A DNA stretch of 62,861 nucleotides, the filler included, from Craspedostauros australis (taxonomy: Eukaryota), in the NCBI GenBank assembly GCA_030167865.1. It is 13 parts of 13 records of this genome, joined end to end, with 100 filler letters (N's around TTAATTAATTAA, not from the genome) between each part and the next. Parts side by side here need not be neighbours in the genome. Positions count along the whole stretch, not along the records: positions 58,314 to 60,573 come from JALAGF010004282.1; positions 60,674 to 62,861 come from JALAGF010004286.1; 11 more parts are not named here. The stretch is one strand, 5' to 3'. The position numbers and the translations under genes were made by a program. Shown piece by piece: positions 58,314 through 62,861 of this stretch (position 1 is the stretch's first letter; each line of letters begins with the position of its first letter). The notes under the pieces are model-generated. The model did not search any database. It was not told where the DNA came from and saw only the letters and a program-made list of their open reading frames with translations.

Positions 58314-60573
58314 GACAACAGCAGCGGCGGTACCTCCGTGATTCATGACTGCATCACAGATGCGCTGAACATATTGAATGGCCAGAACCTCGACTTCAAG
58401 CAGTTTGATGCTGACGGTGATGGCTGGATCGACGGTTTCACCATCATCCATTCGGGATACGGTGCCGAATCGGATTCGGACCCGGATGGATTCGGCGCTG
58501 CCCAGAAGGACCGCATCTGGTCACACCAGTGGAGCCTCACCAACAAGTTCACGAGCTGGGACAACGTGGAGATCCAGGACTACCACGCGAATCCTGGTTT
58601 GTGGAGCACGTCCGGAACTGCGATCGGACGTGTTGGCGTGATCACGCACGAGATGGCGCACTTCCTTGGCTTGCCAGATCTGTATGATTACGGCGATGAC
58701 GGCAGCGGCATCGGATCGTTCGGTCTCATGGCGAACAGCTGGGGATTCGAAGGCGACCAGTATCATCCGCCACACCCATCCGCTTGGTCGAAGGTCACGC
58801 TGAACTGGGTCACGCCCAAGCGTCCCGGTGAGGGTGTCAACCCCATCACGGCGGTTCAAACCAACAGAGATATCTACAAGATCGGAGACGGCGAGGGTGG
58901 CTACCCAGCCGGAGAGTAAGTGCGCCTCATTGCACTGCCATGTCATGCTATGATTCATATTTCGAATTGTCCTCCCCAAATTGTGGTCTGTCGATGCTCA
59001 AGTACATGCACGCTCACAGCCTCAATCACATTCACACTTTTGTACAATTCTCCACATGCCTTCGAACTCTCCTTGATGCAGGTACCTCCTGATTGAGAAC
59101 CGCCAACAGCTCGAGTCTGACAAGAATATGCCACAGGCCGGTCTCTGCATCTGGCATATCGACGAGAAGAAGGCGGAACCGCACGACCAGGGCTGGCCAG
59201 GACAGGCCGGTTGGCCAACAAACAACAAACATTACCGAATCGCGATGGTGCAGGCAGATGGCCAATACGATCTCGAGCAAGAGAAGAACAACGGCGATGC
59301 CAACGATGTCTTCCACGGCCGCGGCGTCACCAAACTCCTGCCGTCCAACGATCCCAACATCGGGGCCAACAAGCACCCCAACACGGACAGTTACCAGAAT
59401 GGAAACATCAACCCGACGGGCCTCAAGATTACGGAGATCAGCAACTCGGGCGAGTACATGACATTCCGTTGCGAAGGTGCTGGATGCAGCGGGGGGCTGT
59501 CTCCGACACCAGCGCCTGTCCCAGATTGCGAGAATGGATTGGAACTAGTTGAGGTCTTCGTGAGGACAGACAACTACCCAGCCGAAACAACATGGAAGCT
59601 GACTGTGGACTCGCAGGTTGCCCAGACTGGTGGACCATACGGTGCCGATGAGAAGCTGACATCGTTCGAGTCCAAGCTGTGCGTGTCTCCCAACAGCTGC
59701 GTGAAGTTTGAGATTGCAGATGTGGAAGGCGACGGCATGTGCTGTGGGTGGGGCCAGGGAATGTACGAGGTTTCCCGTGCAGGAGTGAAGATCAAGTCCG
59801 GCGGAACGTTCCAGAACAGTGAAGAGTTCGACGTTGGAACCTGCGGTGGCGGCGGTCCCACAACGACAGCCGCTCCAGTTCCTGCCCCCACCGCAGCACC
59901 AGTCACTGCCGCACCAGTCAGCAGCCCAACAAGCAACCCAACAAGCGCACCCACAAGCAAGCCAATCGGCAACCCAACAAGCGCACCTACAAGCAAGCCC
60001 ACTTCGGCACCTACAGTTGGAAGCAACTCGAATGGCTGTGCATCCAATGAGTCCATGGTCCGCGTACAAATACTGACAGATAACTACGGATCCGAAACCA
60101 CCTGGGAGCTGAAGAATGGAGACAGCGTCCTCCTCCAAGATGGCCCGTTTACCGACGACACCATCCAGGTCCACACCAAGGAGATGTGCGTCTCCGAGTC
60201 TGCCTGCTTGAGCATGACGATTTCTGACTCATTCGGTGACGGCATCTGCTGCAGTGAAGGTTCGGGATCATACAAGATCTTCGTCGATGGCGTCGAGCAG
60301 AAGTCTGGAGGAGAATTCGAATCATCCGAGACGACCCCAATCGGAAATTGTCAGGGCCCGGAACCAACAACTGCTCCGGTGACTCCGCCCACCGCCGCAC
60401 CAGTCACCGCCGCGCCAGTCAGCAGTCCAACAAGCAACCCAACAAGCGCACCCACAAGCAAGCCAATCGGCAACCCAACAAGCGCACCCACAAGCAAGCC
60501 CACTTCGGCACCTACAGTTGGAAGCAACTCGAATGGCTGTGCATCCAATGAGTCCATGGTCCGCGTACAAATA
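58314..60573 (+). CDS. M6-family (immune inhibitor A-like) zinc metalloprotease with repeated C-terminal modules; partial at both ends; intron 58916-59081
   Basis: FDADGDGWID, IIHSGYGAE, IWSHQW, HEMAHFLGLPDLYD, LMANSWG, SAWSK..L.W; spliced GE|YLLIENR. TDNY..ETTW...DGxCC..GxGxY modules separated by PT linkers. Confidence 0.9.
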
Positions 60574-60673
60574 NNNNNNNNNNNNNNNNNNNNNNNNNNN
60601 NNNNNNNNNNNNNNNNNTTAATTAATTAANNNNNNNNNNNNNNNNNNNNNNNNNNNNNNNNNNNNNNNNNNNN

Positions 60674-61298
60674 TGCTCTATCCACCGTGGGTAATCAACC
60701 ATATTCCATCTTCTACCATCCCAGCTCATGGGATGCGCCTGGTACCTGGACGGAGATTGCATCCGGAACCATCGAGGCGAGAGGTGCAGACGAGTTCACC
60801 GATGTGATCTCGTTCAATCCACCGCTTTCTTTTTCAGCAAGCGACGGCATGGTCGCCATCCGTGTGGATACGCAAACAGAATCATGGAATGATGCCACGG
60901 GGGACTTCGAGCCTACAACACCAGACTGGTTCGAATGTGAGGGATGGCCGTTCATCATGTTCCCAGAGTTGTCAAGCGAAGAGGTTGAAGAGTATCCTGA
61001 TGTCCCTCACGAAGGCTTCAACGACTTCTTCATGGGATCGTTGGAGTTCTGCAACAACGACTCTCTGACAGTGTTGGCTGCGGGTGCACCATCGGACATG
61101 ACATCCGCTGCGCCATCGCTTCTGCCATCATCCACACCGTCACCTTCGCCGTCATCCGGACCACCATTCATGCCCTCGCCCACACCATCCTCCGCATCAT
61201 CTTCTCAACCAACCCTGGCCTGGAGCATGAAGGAAGCGAAGGGGTCAAAATCATCGAAAGACAGCAAAACGAGTAAGTCCGCCAAATCATCCAAGTGA
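60674..61298 (+). CDS. 3' end of a probable secreted protein with Pro/Ser stalk and terminal KxxK lysine cluster
   Basis: Acidic beta-rich domain, PS-rich linker, C-terminus KEAKGSKSSKDSKTSKSAKSSK-stop. Confidence 0.65.
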
Positions 61299-61873
61299 TC
61301 AAGGAGCACCAATGTAGTGATGATGGAGAGGCGATGATGGGAAAGAGCGGGAAGGGAGAAAATCGCTTGTGCCTGGTCATCACTGACGTCGAGAGAGGAG
61401 AGGCTGTGTTGATGAAGCGCTCTGTGATGCTTGCCGTGACGCTCCTCCCACAACGATACTGCTCACAACCACTTTCCACAAAAGATGTGTTCAGTTGATG
61501 GTGGCATGACTCAGTCGAACACATCTATCTGTGGCCAAAGTGATGTCAAGTTGCCTTTTCCATCTGCTCCAAGTTGTCACACGACAATTTGAATTCTGTC
61601 TCGATTTAACGTCTATATAACGTCGAGTCCAACCGAAAATGGACTCCTGGTCGATCACAAAACTGGAACAAGCCATCAATGCGGTGGTCAACCTGTCCAC
61701 AAACAACAAATCAATGATTTCAAAGAGGAGCTCGACGTGAGTGTGCATGTTGTGCACTCTGTGCTTTGACGCTGCAGTTCGAATGCTCCTTCTGACGGTA
61801 TTCGACACATGCAAAACAATGACAGTTGCCTTTGAGAAGGATGCTCGCTAACTTGCAACGTGCAGAAGCGTGG

Positions 61874-61998
61874 GTCCACGATCAAAATCGACCGCTTGTG
61901 GTCCACGATCGAAGTCAACCGCTTGTGGTCCAGGCTTGTCTTTCCAACTTTGCGCCAAAGACAACGTGGTACAACGCGATACAACGCGATACAACGCG
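61874..61998. repeat. Short tandem repeats (27 bp x ~2.2; TACAACGCGA x3) and palindrome CTTTGCGCCAAAG at 61948-61960
   Basis: Read directly. Confidence 0.8.
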
Positions 61999-62169
61999 GC
62001 AAGTGCAAGTTCTTTCGTTGTTCTCCTCGTCCTCCATTTGCCTCTTCATAAATGGAGCAACTTCGCAACACAAATCTTTGACACACACCCCTTCCACATC
62101 GGCCAACGAATTGACCTGAAGGAGCACTTCCCATCAGCACACGCACACATCCGAACGACAACGTCAACC

Positions 62170-62861
62170 ATGGTGACTTTCACAGACGAAGAAAAAGAAC
62201 ACGTTGAGGCACTTGTTGCTCTCGCTCAAGCCACCAACAGCGCAAAACAGAAGTGGGAAGTTCACTCGCTTCTGAACTTCCTCAACAAGGTAGTCAAAGA
62301 TCTCGGTACACTCGACGAGCGCAAGGAGACGAAGAAGTTGTTGGGGTGTTTCAAGACGTCAGCAAAAAAGACCAAGAATGCAAGAAACATCTCCGCAAGT
62401 GATGTCACCGCCGTGCTACGAGACTTTTGTGGGCTCGTGGTATGGGCCAGACATGGGAACAATGCCATCCGCGCCCTGCGCGACCTCCTTCCCCAAGAAC
62501 AACAGCAGGCCCTTCTTCAAGTCGACAGTGACCTCAACAATGAACAGGAACGCCTCGTCAGCGAACATGGTGGAGGGGGGCACACCGAAGCGAGCTCGCG
62601 GCCTTCGAATGAGCAGAATTGGCACTCGCAGACTCGGAATTTGGTGCGGGATTTTTGGCAACGTGCCAACGACCAAGTCGAGGAAGGTTTCGAAACCTCC
62701 GCTGCCATCTTCGACTCCTTTCTTGGTAACACGTGCGCCACTTGTGGCGATGGCCAAAACAGCAGCGTCATCGACGTCATCGACAGCATCGACAGCGCTG
62801 ACGGCAACAGCGCCGACAACAGCATCGACAACAGCAGCGTCATCGACAGCATCGACAACAG
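62170..62861 (+). CDS. Hypothetical protein, open to the window end (absent from the ORF track)
   Basis: ATG in CAACCATGG context, then 230 stop-free codons MVTFTDEEKEHVEALVALAQ...; ends in SIDN/SVID repeats. Confidence 0.55.
   Translation, partial: MVTFTDEEKEHVEALVALAQATNSAKQKWEVHSLLNFLNKVVKDLGTLDERKETKKLLGCFKTSAKKTKNARNISASDVTAVLRDFCGLVVWARHGNNAIRALRDLLPQEQQQALLQVDSDLNNEQERLVSEHGGGGHTEASSRPSNEQNWHSQTRNLVRDFWQRANDQVEEGFETSAAIFDSFLGNTCATCGDGQNSSVIDVIDSIDSADGNSADNSIDNSSVIDSIDN

Noticed and set aside
4530..60673. Recurrent TTAATTAATTAA motif as a biological repeat or piggyBac target
   Set aside because: Always centred in N padding and encodes six-frame stops, so it is a concatenation linker.
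61491..61814. Possible Mutator-like transposase trace (LEQMEKA..HHFGH..C) on the minus strand
   Set aside because: Too short and interrupted by stops to support.
1..62861. Prokaryotic operon, defence island, rRNA or tRNA genes
   Set aside because: Spliceosomal introns throughout, and no structural RNA gene recognisable by eye (tRNAscan-SE and Infernal were not run).

Overview
Eukaryotic nuclear DNA, very probably from a pennate diatom. Evidence: short GT-AG introns, a cyclase-PDE fusion, KxxK/RxL secreted proteins, a CoDi-type Copia remnant and an ASAFAP-like plastid signal. The window is not one locus. It is 13 assembly contigs joined by artificial 100-bp spacers (N44-TTAATTAATTAA-N44), so neighbourhood only means something inside a contig. 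Genes: two secreted Pro/Ser/Thr-rich proteins with KxxK lysine tails; a frameshifted WWE-domain gene; a receptor-type nucleotide cyclase-phosphodiesterase split over two overlapping contigs; an SDR; a small Cys-rich membrane protein; APRT with a possible plastid presequence; a membrane-anchored GH26 (beta-1,3-xylanase-like) hydrolase; a ~1000-aa secreted CxGxxAC-repeat protein; a probably GPI-anchored haem peroxidase in a 4009-bp direct-repeat unit with Copia and piggyBac remnants; a Tgs-type cap methyltransferase head-to-head with a ~1800-aa tandem-dsRBD protein; a KRVRF/RGLE protein; a Cys-rich-ectodomain GPCR; an M6 metalloprotease; and Harbinger-like transposase fragments. The most striking signal is the CxGxxAC protein. 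It exists as two versions that appear identical except for one sharply bounded, non-synonymous-rich segment, and its two upstream haplotypes differ by a 5-versus-1 copy 84-bp repeat carrying an E2F-like palindrome. All assignments come from reading motifs by eye; no searches were run.
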